DNA of 64,000 nucleotides, from positions 8,535,546-8,599,545 of the forward strand of contig CAVNZM010000003.1 of assembly GCA_963693365.1 (NCBI GenBank), written 5' to 3'. This DNA comes from Amoebidium appalachense (taxonomy: Eukaryota; Protista; Ichthyosporea). Position 1 is the stretch's first letter. Every line of letters starts with the position of its first letter. The translations under genes and the position numbers were made by a program. A model generated the notes under the pieces. That model made no database searches. It was not told the origin of the DNA and saw only the letters and a program-made list of their open reading frames with translations. Shown here one piece after another: positions 48,850-62,153 of the stretch.

Positions 48850-49774
48850 TGTTTAATTGTATAAGTATTTAGGATGTAAGCAGAGACACAGTGGTGCAGT
48901 GTGAAAACACCACAGACACACACAACAACAAAACACGGAACGATCGGAGCAGTGTACACAACAGACATCAATGTTTAGACACGACTGAACTGAATTTATT
49001 CTGATCTTCGAATAAATACCTGAAATTCCTCTAAGTCCAATCCATACATGATTTCCGACCAGTCGGAAATCAGATCCATCTCTAATAGAAACCAATCACT
49101 AAGAACCAATTGCTTTCAGAGAGATCCGGTACGCGGAGGCGTACACGATAGGACACAGACACTAGTTAAGATCAACTCGTGTCATCATCAAGGAAGTTCT
49201 AACCTATGACATACTGCAAAGACTCAGACATATCACACTTAACCTTGATGATTGGTTAAAGCCCGGCAACACATGAAAACTAAAGTGAATTAATGAAGTC
49301 TAAACACACATGCTATTCTAAGTGTAGCCTAAGTGTGTTACCGTCCAATGAACACGTATTAAGTAACACAAATCTACCTAACATATATTAGTAGAAAAGA
49401 AATACGATTATACACATGAAGACAAGGAGAGAAAGAAAAGAAAATAAGGAAGGAGAAAGAGGAAGGAAAAGAGAGCACAGATCAACAAACAAGATAGTAA
49501 TAGCATAACTATAACCAGAGATATTTATGTACACACGAACATGTACACGTCTCTCCCTGAGTGGGTGGATCCGTGTACACACATATAAATATTCTAATCG
49601 ATATTACAATACACGATTAAAGCCGATACAACACGATTACAAGTATACAAGCATATCGGAGATCGATGCTACACTTTACATAATAGGAGTGTGGCATTTA
49701 CACTAAGCATATGAACTGAAACATAACACAAACTGAGAAGATCTTACCATATGTAAATACTACGTATTACAACA
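48850..49774. mobile_element. Solo LTR of a second, unrelated family inserted in the gag relic
   Basis: TGTT…AACA termini and 5-bp TSD GTTCT (48845-48849, 49775-49779). Removing it restores gag ATGTTCTACGCG. Confidence 0.88.
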
Positions 49775-50559
49775 GTTCTACGCGTTGGCAGCGGAGGATA
49801 GCTCCCTGCACACACAGATACCACAGGTTCACACACTAGACGTCAGACACACACACTAGACGTCAGACAAACCACAGCTTTCAGCTTCACACTCAAACAC
49901 GACTCAGAAATACCACGGTGGCTTAGGACACTCAAAGCAAACACACCCACACTAGTGTTAGACACTAAGAAGGCCCCTACTGTGGCGGCCTCGTGCCTAA
50001 TGATTAAGCTGAGTGCACTGCCATCGACCACAAAACCATGGCCGACTTATGCACCCTTATGGAGGAGCACCCGTACCGGGCCGAGCAGGCCCCCCAGGTG
50101 ACGGCTCAGGCTCGTATCTACGAGCAGCAGTACGACGAGGCGAGAGACGAGATGGTGCCCCGGACGCTCGGCCAGAAACCTCTGGCCGCTCGATTCATCC
50201 CCGACGACGAGGACGAGAACAGCACCGATGACGTGGACGGTGAGCTCGAGGCCTTCACACGGCCCGAGAACGAGCTCGAGTATACGGCCCGGCTCGTCAA
50301 CCGATACCTGACGGCCGACCGGCGCCGTACCTTCAGGGCCCAGCTACGAGAATGGAAGTATACCTTCCCCACTCTACTCTAGTAGATATGTCCCCCGTAG
50401 AAGCTCGTGCATTCTTTGAAAGGGAATATCGGGTCTTTGAAGACCTTTGTGAGTTAGCTGGTGACGTGAGTGATAGGGAAAAGTTCGAGTTTGCTCGTAA
50501 GGCTCTCTCTGTAAACACAGACACTGCACGCATGTTTGGGGAGCATGATGATGTAGATG

Positions 50560-50755
50560 TGTTAAACTATATAAGTACTAGTATTTGGGATGAAAGCAGA
50601 GACACAGTGGTGCAGTGTGAAAACACCACAGACACACACAACAACAAAACACGGAACGATCGGAGCAGTGTACACAACAGACATCAATGTTTAGACACGA
50701 CTGAACTCAATTTATTTCTGATCTTCGAATAAATACCTGAAATTCCTCTAAGTCC
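50560..50755. mobile_element. Truncated second copy of the family-2 LTR
   Basis: Begins TGTT exactly where gag homology stops; matches 48850-49038 (GCAGAGACACAGTGGTGCAGTGTGAAAACACC…CCTCTAAGTCC). Confidence 0.85.
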
Positions 50756-50908
50756 GAGAGAAGCATTGATTGCATATCCAGATATGTGATATCACAACGA
50801 TGCCCAATCACACACACACACACACAAGCAACGACACTGACGAAACAATGGCCGGAGTGAGCGCCACGTACAACTGTAACGTCACATAGACCCACACGAC
50901 CACAGCGC

Positions 50909-50946
<38 letters not shown>

Positions 50947-51984
50947 CACACACACCAGCCCCGCGCCGCATCCATACACCACTGGGATATCGTAGCGAGG
51001 CATCGTATACCTGTGCACACGTGAGTGAAAAGTTTGTCAACAGTACCGTGACACGGCACGCACGAGCCATGCATGCATGCTCAGCTGCTAGCTATGTAGT
51101 ATTGCCGCTCTGTTTTTGGCCAGCGCTCAGCGCTGGGATAGCCGCCAACACATATGTACCGGCAGGGGTGTGCGTGCCACCCGTACATGCGTGTGCAGTG
51201 GCGGCACTAGACCTGCTACAAACTTTGACTGAGCCAATTTCGTTTTCGTTTGCGTGCAAATTTTTGGAGCCCATGGCCACCAGCATCGATCATGATCACA
51301 GCCATCATCACGTGTCACCTCGTTTGCACCCTACACAAATACATGCTGTATTTCCACACTGGCTGCAATAACATCCCAACCTCTTCATTGTGTTGGTGTA
51401 GTTGTTCGCATACATCAGCTGTACTACCATATCGCGTAACAGGGTCTCATCAAAGCCATTTCATCCAACTCAACTGCCCCTTCCCTCCCCTTCCCTGCCC
51501 CCCCTCCCCCCTCCCCCTCCCCCCCCCCCCTTCTCCCCCCCTCTCTCTAATTCCTTACCCAATATAGACGTGGACCAACAATTTGGTGGAGGGACCGTAC
51601 CTGCGCCTGCTGCACTGCATCGAGTCAGTCAGCGCCACAGATAACTCAATCACCCTGGTGGAGCCCATCCAGGCTAACGTACGTGCCACCCCACCAATTT
51701 TCATCCTTTCCTCACTTGTCCTTTCAGTATTTAACATGACCTAATTGTATTGTCTGTTCGGAATACACTGTCATATTTCCACACGTGCATATTGTAATGA
51801 TAGAGGTCGGAGGGGTTGCACAAAGATTAAAACAATTTGGTCAAAGGTTTTATGCGTTCTGATTTTCTCTTTGTGCATGCCTAGGTTACTGGCTACTTGC
51901 ACCCCCCCCCCAAAACCCCACATGCTCACCAACTACCCCCTCCCCCCCTTCCCCCCCCCCCCCCCCCCCAAAAAAAAAAAAAGG

Positions 51985-52015
<31 letters not shown>

Positions 52016-52209
52016 AAAGATAAAAAAGCCTTACTTTCGGATCCGGAGGCGATAACGACTAAGATAATCATATACCCGAGAAAAATTCATTAAACATACG
52101 GTGATTTAACAAATAGTCAATAGAAAGCAGTAATATCATGATTATATAAGTAAGCTAATCGTCTAAGTTCGAACGGAATAATCTGAGATAAATAAATACA
52201 TCTATCTAG

Positions 52210-52474
52210 ATGTTTGCGAGAAAAGGGTTCTGCACAAAAGTGGGAGAAAAATTTAATTGAAACAAAGGTTACAACGCCAAAACAAACACTTCCAAGCAAC
52301 ACCACTTTGAATTCGTCGGCGCCTACAAACGAATCCCTTTCAAATGGTACGCTTACTGGGTGGGCCGATTGGAGTGAGTGGGGGCAGTGTGAGGGGGAGT
52401 GTGGGCTGCTCAAAGCAACCCGGAGCAGAACAAGAACGTGTCATGGGGGACAGTGCGACGGAGACGCTGTGGAG

Positions 52475-52523
<49 letters not shown>

Positions 52524-52581
52524 CGCATGTGCGTGTGTGTGTGCGTGTGTGTGTGCGTGTGTGTGTGCGTGTGTGCGTGTG

Positions 52582-52639
<58 letters not shown>

Positions 52640-52795
52640 GGTGTACGTGTGCGCACACATCTGTGTGTATGTGAGCGTGTATGTATGTTTGCGCATGTAC
52701 GCGATTGCATGTGTGTAGTTTTGCGCTTAGTTGACAAATGGGAGGAGGTCAAGAGGTGTTTTTTTTTTTTTGTTTTTTTTTGTGGGAGGGAGGGG

Positions 52796-52831
<36 letters not shown>

Positions 52832-53282
52832 AACACACCAACTATTCAGAACACACACAGCACGAACATCATGCAGGCTGCATACACACACACCAACTCA
52901 CCACGTTGTGCCCCGAGGTAAAAGAGAGTGCATGGGCCCCGTGGGGCCAGTGGAGCACATGCAATGGGCCGTGTGGGGAGGGCATGGTGGGTGTGCGCAC
53001 ACGCAAACGAACATGTGCGGGGGTTGGAGGTCTCTACTCGAACGAGGACTGCGAAGGAGAAACGGAGAATGTTGAGCCTTGCGCAACCTATCCATGCACA
53101 AGTACGTATATGTGCCATGTTGTGACCGTTCTGAAGCAGTCATAGCTACGTGTGTGCATGTCCATGGTTGTAAGGGGGGATGCCGCCAGTGTGTATGTGT
53201 GTATGAGGGCCCCGGTGTTTGTGTGTGTGTGTGTGTTGGGCCGGGGCGGGGGGAAGGGGGGGGGAGGAGGGAGGGGATGAGG

Positions 53283-53379
<97 letters not shown>

Positions 53380-53799
53380 CGCGCGCACGCGGGCGTGTGT
53401 GAGTGTGTTTGTGTGTGTGTGCTCGCGCATGCGTGTGTGTGTGTGTGGGTGAGGGTGTGTGTGTGTGTGCTCGCGCATGCGTGTGTGTGTGCGTGTGTGT
53501 GTCACGGTGGGTGTGTGTCAATCCAGCCCATTCCACGTCCTTGTCGGACTATTCACCCCTCTCCACACAGTATGTCCACTTAATACATTTCTATCAGCTT
53601 TCCTGCACAACCGTCTCCCTAACTCACCCTCTTCTTTTTTCGACCCACAGGCTGCCTGCGTGATATGTCGGAACGTGTAGACACATGCAAGTGTGCTACG
53701 AATCTGGTAAATTACACACGAAACCGCACCGCCATGCCGGCACAAACACTCTTCTCGGTGGGCACAGGCACGTATGCAAGTGTGGATTCAGAGTCAAAG
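52210..53799 (+). CDS. Multi-exon gene with two thrombospondin type-1 repeats (supported core only; gene probably spans ~51.0-55.2 kb)
   Basis: Exon ~52210-52475 [24 protein letters not shown]; exon 52877-53101 [33 protein letters not shown]; phase-compatible Cys-containing exon 53651-53799. Flanking candidate exons (~51568-51678, 54-55.2 kb) not resolved. Confidence 0.75.
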
Positions 53800-54535
53800 G
53801 TGAGTGAGTGACTGTGTGTGTGTGTGAATGTGCGTGAGTTACGAGAGAAACCGACGCTGACAGACAGAGTCACAGAGGGGGGGGGGGGGGGGGAGGGAGA
53901 GAGAGGCTGCCACATATTGTTAAAAGTGCTCAGGGACGACGTTTCTCACTCACTCGTTGAACCAGATCGGGTTTGTGGAGAAAGGGTGGGGAAAAGGGAC
54001 CGGGTTGGGGTGGGGTAGGGTGGGGGCGGGTGGTGGTGGTGGTGGTGGTTGGGGGGGGGGGGGGGGGGGGGAGGGGGGATTAGTGATGCTCATGGGCCCT
54101 TTTCGCAGGCGGTACTTGGACCCCAAGGCATGAGTATGCATGTGTTGGTCGACTCCCCTATTCTTCGGAAAGTGCTTTTCCTTCAACTTTTCTTAAGAAT
54201 AGTGGAATTCGAGATCCAACCCAATTACCTGAGTTTCCATCAGTACACGTACACCCAAGTCAAAGTGTTTTAAGTGCATCAATGCCAAAAATAATGGAGA
54301 GATCGAAACCCTGAGCAACCACCTTAACTTCAGTTGCAAAAATATGTACAGCTCACATGTACTGCAACACACCATTTAATTTCTTTCCACCTTCAGTATG
54401 GCGAGTGAACCGCGCGTGCCGTTAAATATGCTGATATTTCGCCTTTTCAATCTCTCCCCCCCCCCCCCCCCCCTCCCTCCCAAACACCGGCCCACATTTC
54501 TATGCTTATCTACTATGCTTCCCCCCCGTCCCCCC

Positions 54536-54567
<32 letters not shown>

Positions 54568-54819
54568 GCCCCCTATCCACCACACGCGCGCGCACGCCCA
54601 CACACACACAGGTACACACACACACACACACACACACACAGCGAGCGGCCCCATTGGTGTGAGGGCCGTGAGTGGCGTAGATGTTCTGTGCAATCGGCTT
54701 GGGCTAAAACTGCTCCTAATTTGCGCGGTATTTAGAAGTCTATCTGAGCCAGTGGAATGTGTTGTCTCTAATGAATGTGGGAGGTGCCGCTGGCTCATTG
54801 GGGTGGATGGTGGGTAGGT

Positions 54820-54853
<34 letters not shown>

Positions 54854-56206
54854 GCGGGGGGGGGTGGGGGAAGGGGGGGGGGGTGGGGGGTGGGTGGGTG
54901 GGTGGGTGGGTTGGGTTGAGAGAGGGGGAGGGGGGAGGGAGAGGGGGGAGGGGGAGGGAGTGGCCGGAGGGGTGAAGGTTTTGGGGGAGGGAGGGAGGGG
55001 GGGGGGGGGGGGGAGGCGTTGGGGATGTGTTTGCACAGCTCACAGTACCTGTGATAATCACTAAACAAACGGAACTAGTCGCCATACTACTAAGTTATAC
55101 TATCGTTGTTTAACCCTTTTTGCCGGTGTTTTCTGCAGCTTGACAACTGTTCTCGCAACGAGACCGTGGCCTGTACGTGCTGAAGTGCTCGCTTGCCAAT
55201 GCGGTGTGTGGCCTCAACTGTTTGCATGAGAGTCCTACGTGTGCCCATAAACACGTACACACAGTTTAGTTAGACACTGTCACATATAAACACACACATC
55301 ATGCTACGCCGTACATGCACATTCACGCAGACAAGCTTGTTGTATATTGTATATCTTCGTTGGATATTGTATTAATCAGCATTTTAAGTAGCCTACATAT
55401 TCCAGTGGCCGCGACTCTTGTATTATTGAAGCACGTTCTGTGGCAGTACAGCGCTCCGTCCCATTCTTTTTAACAGCTGCAGGCTCTACCTTGCAGGTGT
55501 ATGACACCAGCCTCAGACCAAGAGGTCTGTTTTTTTGTATGTATTTTTCTAGTCCAGATTTTGTATAATGGAATCCTCATTGAGCTCAAGTTTAGTGAAC
55601 ATGCACACTGCCGTGTCATTCAGATGCACATCTTATTAGAGCGAGGCTTAATCATAATAATGTGCTCAACTTGGCAAATGAGTATTAATGTTACTAACAA
55701 AGAGATACCGTGGCCTTTATAATAGTGTGCTTCTCAGTAGGACGGAAACATTTCGAGGCACATTATCTGTGAATAATTTATTGTATGTCAACCATTCGGA
55801 TGACAATCATTCAAGAAATTTATATTAATACACCATTCTGTGACCTGCAGGTCGGGCTCAAGGGTTCAATATGAACCATGTCATTTAATATTAGTTGCTG
55901 CCCCCCCCCCCCCCCCCCCCCCCCTCCCCCCTTTTCCCCTCGCCCCCCGGCCCCCCCCCTCCCATCCCCTCCCAAGTTTTCCTCCCCCCTCCCTCCCCCC
56001 ACCCCCTCCTCTTCCCCCGCCCCTCGGAGGCCCTCAAAAAAGTGAACACTATATGGAAAATAACGTAAATAGCCTTGGCCCATAGGAGCTGGTCAGATCT
56101 GCAAGAATATTTTCAAATGGGTAGGAGGAGTAGAGCTCGAGGTCATTCACAATACCCTCCAAATTTCCTTTCGAAACGGAGAAATGGCCGCGGGCGCCCC
56201 GGGGCT

Positions 56207-56240
<34 letters not shown>

Positions 56241-56423
56241 GCCTAATTCACCCAAGGATCGGATCGAAATAGCTTGCTCTGTTCATAAGATGACACACTG
56301 TAGAATACTCGGTCAGCTGGTGTGTCATATATTAAAATATCGTCACATTTATTCGATGCATATGTACATGGGCAACAATTTGTTCCCCCCCCCCCTCCCC
56401 CCCCCCTCCCCCCCCCCCCCCCC

Positions 56424-56468
<45 letters not shown>

Positions 56469-56729
56469 GCTGCTTCTTGATTTGAATAAATTAGGAGCTC
56501 CCAGCTACCGGTGGCGAGAGTTGCCAAAAGCAGTGAAAGACTTTGGAGACCTGAGATAGAAAGAATACAGGTGCTAATAGTCCCTGAATAGGCGAAGGCG
56601 TAATTATAATAATAACAAGCTTCCTGCATGCGCATACTACACCGGGTCCCGCGGCCCGTACGTGCAATGATGAGCACTTGTACAACACTTGCGTGTTCAC
56701 AAACACACACACACACACAAATACACAAG

Positions 56730-56846
56730 GGGTTTACGCTGTTTACTCGAGGCAAAGAGAGACCAATCTCAGGTATGGGGGGTTTTTGCTCGGAGTATCC
56801 CCTCAGCGGTATATCATGATCAAGTACATAAATGTCAGGTGATGAT
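56730..56846 (-). mobile_element. Truncated copy of the GTAAACCCC-ended retroposed repeat, 8-bp TSD
   Basis: Matches 61817-61940 with several substitutions. Flanked by TACACAAG (56722-56729 and 56847-56854). Confidence 0.85.
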
Positions 56847-57574
56847 TACACAAGACTTTGTACACACACACACACACCAATTACATACACGCTCTAACAC
56901 AAGCACAGAGCAATACACACGCACAATTGTGTACACACCGTTACACGCACACGCACAATCACACATGTACAAACACGTGTGTGCACACAGTTCACTGGCA
57001 AGCTGCACATGCCGGCGATCCATGATGCATTTGGCGGACGTACACTGGCACGCACGCGAGACGCGCACACATGCAGGCAGGGTCATTTACAGGCGCACAT
57101 AATACGTACACACGCACACAAACACACGCACACACGCACACGCATGCGCACACACGCACACACACGCACACACACAGACACACAAACACACACAAACACA
57201 CACGTGCACCTTTGCTGTTTGTGATGTGTTTCGCACACAAACGGTGACAACTGACGCGCTGTTGATTGGATAGTCGTATAGTGCGTGATCAGCCAATCAT
57301 AATCCCCATCGTTTCCAGATAGAGGAGTTGGGCCTCTGCCCGGACCTGAGAATAAGTGGAACGCTCATGACTTTTTTTTTTTTTTTTTTTTTTTTTGTTG
57401 GAACAGTGTATGTATATATGCATGCCAGGTAAAGGGGAGTGCACAGAACGCAGCTACAATTCACTAAACCAGTGTGTTCTTAGCCTAACGCACCTGTTTA
57501 TATCCGAGAGCACGCCTTATCTAGCAGGAACCCATATTTTTTAGTTGCTCAGTCAACCCACCCCAACATCCACC

Positions 57575-58392
57575 ATGACCACCTACTCCAACTACAGCAC
57601 AAACGAGCCCCTGGACATGTCCTGGCGCTACATGCCCAAATTCACAACAACACATGTGGCTCTTCCCGTCCAAGATGACGACACACCAGCACCCGTTACA
57701 TCACCAGTGGAAAGCAATCTAGACAAAGACCGGCTTGGCCTGTTTATCATTGAGAAGACTAGAGAGAGTTCGGGAGACGCCCATACATTTCCTTTTGTTG
57801 CCCTTGCAGCAGAGATGTGTCAAATGACTAGTGGGGCCGAGCTGCGGAAAATGATTCAGGGAGCTGAAATGGTGGTCCCGGGCTGCCGTCCGACCGCCAT
57901 GTTACTGTGTGTACGTTGTAATGGGCCACCAAGGCTGGACGGCACGACCTATGTCCTGCTGGTGCAGGTGGGTGAAAGAGTGGAGAAATGGGGAACGAGG
58001 GGGAGGGGACGCGCGCGGGGGGGGGGGGGGGGGGGAGGGGCGAGCGGAGAGGGAGGGAAGACGATGACGAAGAGAAGAGGGGGCAGGAGGGGTGGGGAAG
58101 GGGTTTGAGGGAACCCTGGGTGTCCAGTTGCTCGCATACACTCTGGCAGGCACAGGTTGCAGTCACACACGGGTGCACACATAAAAGCTGATCCATGCTT
58201 TCTCCGGCTCAAGTGTAAACTGGTAGATTCGGCTCTCTCACTCTTTTGTACTGACCTTCTCCTCTCTTCGCCCACCCCCTCTTCCCCTCTCCCCCACACC
58301 TCCCGTCCCCCGCCCCTCTCTTCCTCATTGATTCTCTTCTCCTTCTTTCCCTCTCGCTGTCCTTCCCCCGGATCCCCTCCCCTTTCCCTCCT

Positions 58393-58427
<35 letters not shown>

Positions 58428-58537
58428 ATAATCCCCTCACTCCCCTCCCCTCCCCTCCACACAATCTCTCCTTCCTTCCCTCCCCTCCCCTCCCCCTCCC
58501 TCTCTCCCTCCCTTCCTCTCTCTCTCTCTCCCTCCCT

Positions 58538-58614
<77 letters not shown>

Positions 58615-58860
58615 CCCCTCCCTCTCCCTTCACCCCTCGTTGACTCTCTCTCTCCTTCCAATCCCCCCCCCCCCTCCCCGTTTCTCTCTCTCCCTCTTTC
58701 TTGTTTCTCTCCCCTTCCTCTCTTTCTCTCCCTTCCTCTTTTTTCTTCCTGTCAAATCCATCCTCCACTGTTAGGACGCTTCCTGCTCGCTCCTGTAATT
58801 TTATCTACTTACCTGATATTGTCCATAACATCGTTTCATCTAACCCCCCCTTCTCCCCCC

Positions 58861-58897
<37 letters not shown>

Positions 58898-59454
58898 CAC
58901 ACACACACACACACAAGCACCATCACTTCATTTTTTTGCGTGTGGAGTCATGTGAAATTCCCGTGTTCATATGTTGTGTCCACGGGCTGCTTCTGCTCTT
59001 TTCCCTTTTCCTTTTCCCATGCCTGGTGTTTTTGTGCCTTGTCCGTCTTTCATGACCCTCAGGCTGCACCTCCCCACAGTCATCAGTATATGCTGCACCC
59101 CCCCCCCCCCCCCCCCTCCCCCTCCTCCCCCTCCTCCCCCTCCTCCTCCCCTCCTTCCCCCCTCCCCCCCCCCTCCCCCCTTCTTCCCCCCCCCCCTCCC
59201 CCCCTCAAGGCCCCTTTTCCCCCGACATTCACACAATCACGATCACCCATGCACACACCAGCCCGACACGTAACCGGCACAGCTGCCCATATGCAGAAAT
59301 AAACACACACTAATCTAATACCCCACCCCCTCCCCCCTCCCCCCACTCCCTCACTCCCTTTTTTTACCTCTTCTATTTCCTCTTTCATGAACGCATACAG
59401 GCACATAGTCACACACACATAACCACCCCCCCACACCTATCCCCCCCCCCCCCC

Positions 59455-59501
<47 letters not shown>

Positions 59502-60031
59502 ACACAAAACAGTGCATGCCAGGACAGACACCCACGGGCCCGACACATACCATGGTTCCACGACTCATGTGCATGAATTGCTTCGTATCTGCCTCCCAAT
59601 CAGGTGCCTCCTCGTGTGCGTGTGCACACACATTTGCAGAAACACACGCACGTGCACACGGAGAGGATGCACTGCCCTCCCCCCTACACCTATGGGATGA
59701 GTTGGTCATGTCAGGAAAAGTGGAATCGTGCAAATTTGCAATAGAAAAGATGATGGGGTCTGAGGGGGGGTCTTTACACACAACGGTGGACCCAAATGTA
59801 AAAGTTGATATGGAAAGTGAAGTAGGAGCCCTTGTGAGGAAGTGTGGGAGTGAGGTGTGTGGTGAGTACTGCGTTGTGGTGGAGGGGGTGTGTGGTGGGG
59901 ATGCATTCAAGAGGTGTTCGGGGTGTCATACGGTGTGGTACTGTGAAAAAGAATGTCAGTTGGCACATTGGTCGAAACATAAGTCTGTGTGCAAGAGGTT
60001 GAAGGATATGGTGGTGGCTGGTAACGAGTAG
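57575..60031 (+). CDS. MYND-type zinc finger protein (multi-exon, middle exons unresolved)
   Basis: Last exon ~59604-60031 encodes CGSEVC…FKRCSGCHTVWYCEKECQLAHWSKHKSVC. A coding-like first exon 57575-57967 (CACCATG, ends CAG|GTGGGT) is linked by inference; phases need at least one further exon. Confidence 0.65.
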
Positions 60032-60730
60032 GTGTGGATGTGTGGGTGTGTGGTGCTCTGTCTGTGTGGGTATGTGTGTATATGGTATGTATGAGAGGGA
60101 TTTGGATGTGAAGTTTAACCAGGGGGTGTAGACTGAGGAACCATGTATGTATATTGTACTGAAAGCCTATGCCCAGTAATGGTAAAATGAGAAGTGGTTT
60201 ATGCATGTAGACGTGTTAAATATAGTTCATGATATCAACACAGATTATTATTTTTTGAGGCTAGCTGTGTATTCTAAATGTATGAATGTTCAACGGTTCG
60301 AGTATGCAATAGTATGTACCACTATAGTATCCATGGACATGTGTGTAATAGCTGCCAGTAGTTAATCGTTTGACACCTGTGGTGTCCAACTTATGTACTT
60401 GACCTATTTTACGGAGCCTCGTGGCCAATAAAAGTGTGTTGATCTTTAGATAGTGCAGCCGTTGAAACACACATTTCAGCCCTCAGCCACCTATATTCCT
60501 ACTTTTTTGTTTGTTTTGTATAGACGTATTCACGTGCACCTAGTAGGCATGCTCAATATAAAGTTGCCAGTCCGGCCAATGTTCTACAGTGTGAGGACGT
60601 TCACCTGGACACATTGCATGACTTGAGATATATCACCGGGGTTTTACACAGCCGCAAGCTGGGCCACACTCTGCGTTGTGCTGTCAAGCTGTGAATGTGT
60701 ACTTTCAAATCTAATATATAACACATTCAA

Positions 60731-60762
<32 letters not shown>

Positions 60763-61396
60763 AGTACACACACACACGCACCACCACCGGGCCACCACAC
60801 ATACACACATACACACACATGTTACATGGCACAGTATATATATGTGAGCAGGGTTACTCAGAGAAGCAAACGTCTGCATGCAGGCAAGCTAAGCAACGGG
60901 AAGTGGGCAGGGTTAGCCTACAGCAGGGCAGGGCCGCGGCTGGGCGGGGTGCGTCCGGCGGGGGGGCTGGGGAGGGGGGGGAGGTGGGGAGGAGGTTGAC
61001 TCTGTGTGCACGTGTTCATGCGGATACAGTCGGTATATGCCTCTGTGCAATGATATCTAAAAATTAGTGTGCATCAGATCACGTGACAGACTAAAGTGTG
61101 CGTGTCTTGGTGTTGGCGTGTGTTGCATATCAGCTACGGCACGGTCAGTATTGAGTGCCTAAGTGTGCCCTAATGTGTGTGTAGCACTAGAAGTGCTAAT
61201 TAGGACCAATTAGTACCGTGAACATCCGTGCTTTATGTGTCTGCTGTGCTCATGTGCACGTGGGTGTGAATCGCATACTATTGCATGCAGGGATGTCACA
61301 GTGTGGCCTAAGTTACATATAATGTCGTCATGTGCGATTCTTAGATTTTTGTCAACTGCAGTGGAAATAGTCAATGTGCTGTGTGCTGCAGGAGCC

Positions 61397-61441
<45 letters not shown>

Positions 61442-61725
61442 GGGGGGGGGGGGGGGGGGGAGAGGGGGGACGCTGGTGATCAGGACTAAGTGACTTTCCC
61501 TTAGTGCTCCTCTCATTTATATCTGTTACTATATGATGCACAAGCCGGCCGAGTATATCCTATGTTATATTTTATGGACAGAGCAAGCTATTTCATAACC
61601 CTATTTCCGCATTTACAATCAGCAAGTCAACACACCCTCCCACATGCTAAACAACTATCATCTCTCACGGGCGCCTAACTAACCGATATTTCGGCCCAGC
61701 TACCATTTTGTCATTCATACTACAA

Positions 61726-61796
61726 TAAGGGGCGCGGCACCCCGTGAATGGTGACGTCACAAGTGACGTCACATTCACGCGGTCCCGCACCCCTTA
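61726..61796. repeat. ~70-bp near-perfect foldback (possible miniature MITE)
   Basis: TAAGGGGCGCGGCACCCCGTGAATGGTGACGTCAC-AA-GTGACGTCACATTCACGCGGTCCCGCACCCCTTA: arms differ by 1 gap and 3 mismatches. Confidence 0.85.
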
Positions 61797-61815
61797 GGAT
61801 ATGGGATATGTGAAT

Positions 61816-62012
61816 GGGGGTTTACGCTGTTTACTCGAGGCAAAGAGAACCAGTCTCAGGTATGGGGGGGGGGGGGTTTGCTCGGAATATCCCCTCAGCG
61901 GTATATCATGATCACGTACATAGATGTCGGGTGGTGACTATATATCAGGGTTTACTTTCTCTACGAGACACCATAAAGACTACAAGGAGAAATCAATTAG
62001 TTGGGGTTCCCC

Positions 62013-62050
<38 letters not shown>

Positions 62051-62082
62051 GGGCTCCCCTCGGGACACTCGGTATCAGCTGG

Positions 62083-62153
<71 letters not shown>

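Larger units (their letters stand above)
39678..50559 (+). mobile_element. Older truncated copy of chromovirus family 1 (5' LTR, leader, gag relic), interrupted by nested insertions
   Basis: LTR split into 39678-40126 and 48488-48675, with a ~110-bp internal deletion. Leader homologous to 47612-47771. gag starts ATGGCTAAGTTCAAC at 48822 and resumes at 49775-50559 (MADLCTLMEEHPYRAEQ…) with small duplications and frameshifts. Confidence 0.9.

Noticed and set aside
55460-56650. Scattered AG…GT-bounded segments suggesting another gene
   Set aside because: No coherent reading frame or motif.
61816-62085. Hammerhead or HDV ribozyme in the LINE 3' region
   Set aside because: The CUGANGA plus GAAA core and the HDV P1.1/L3 consensus are not matched; only generic stems are supported.
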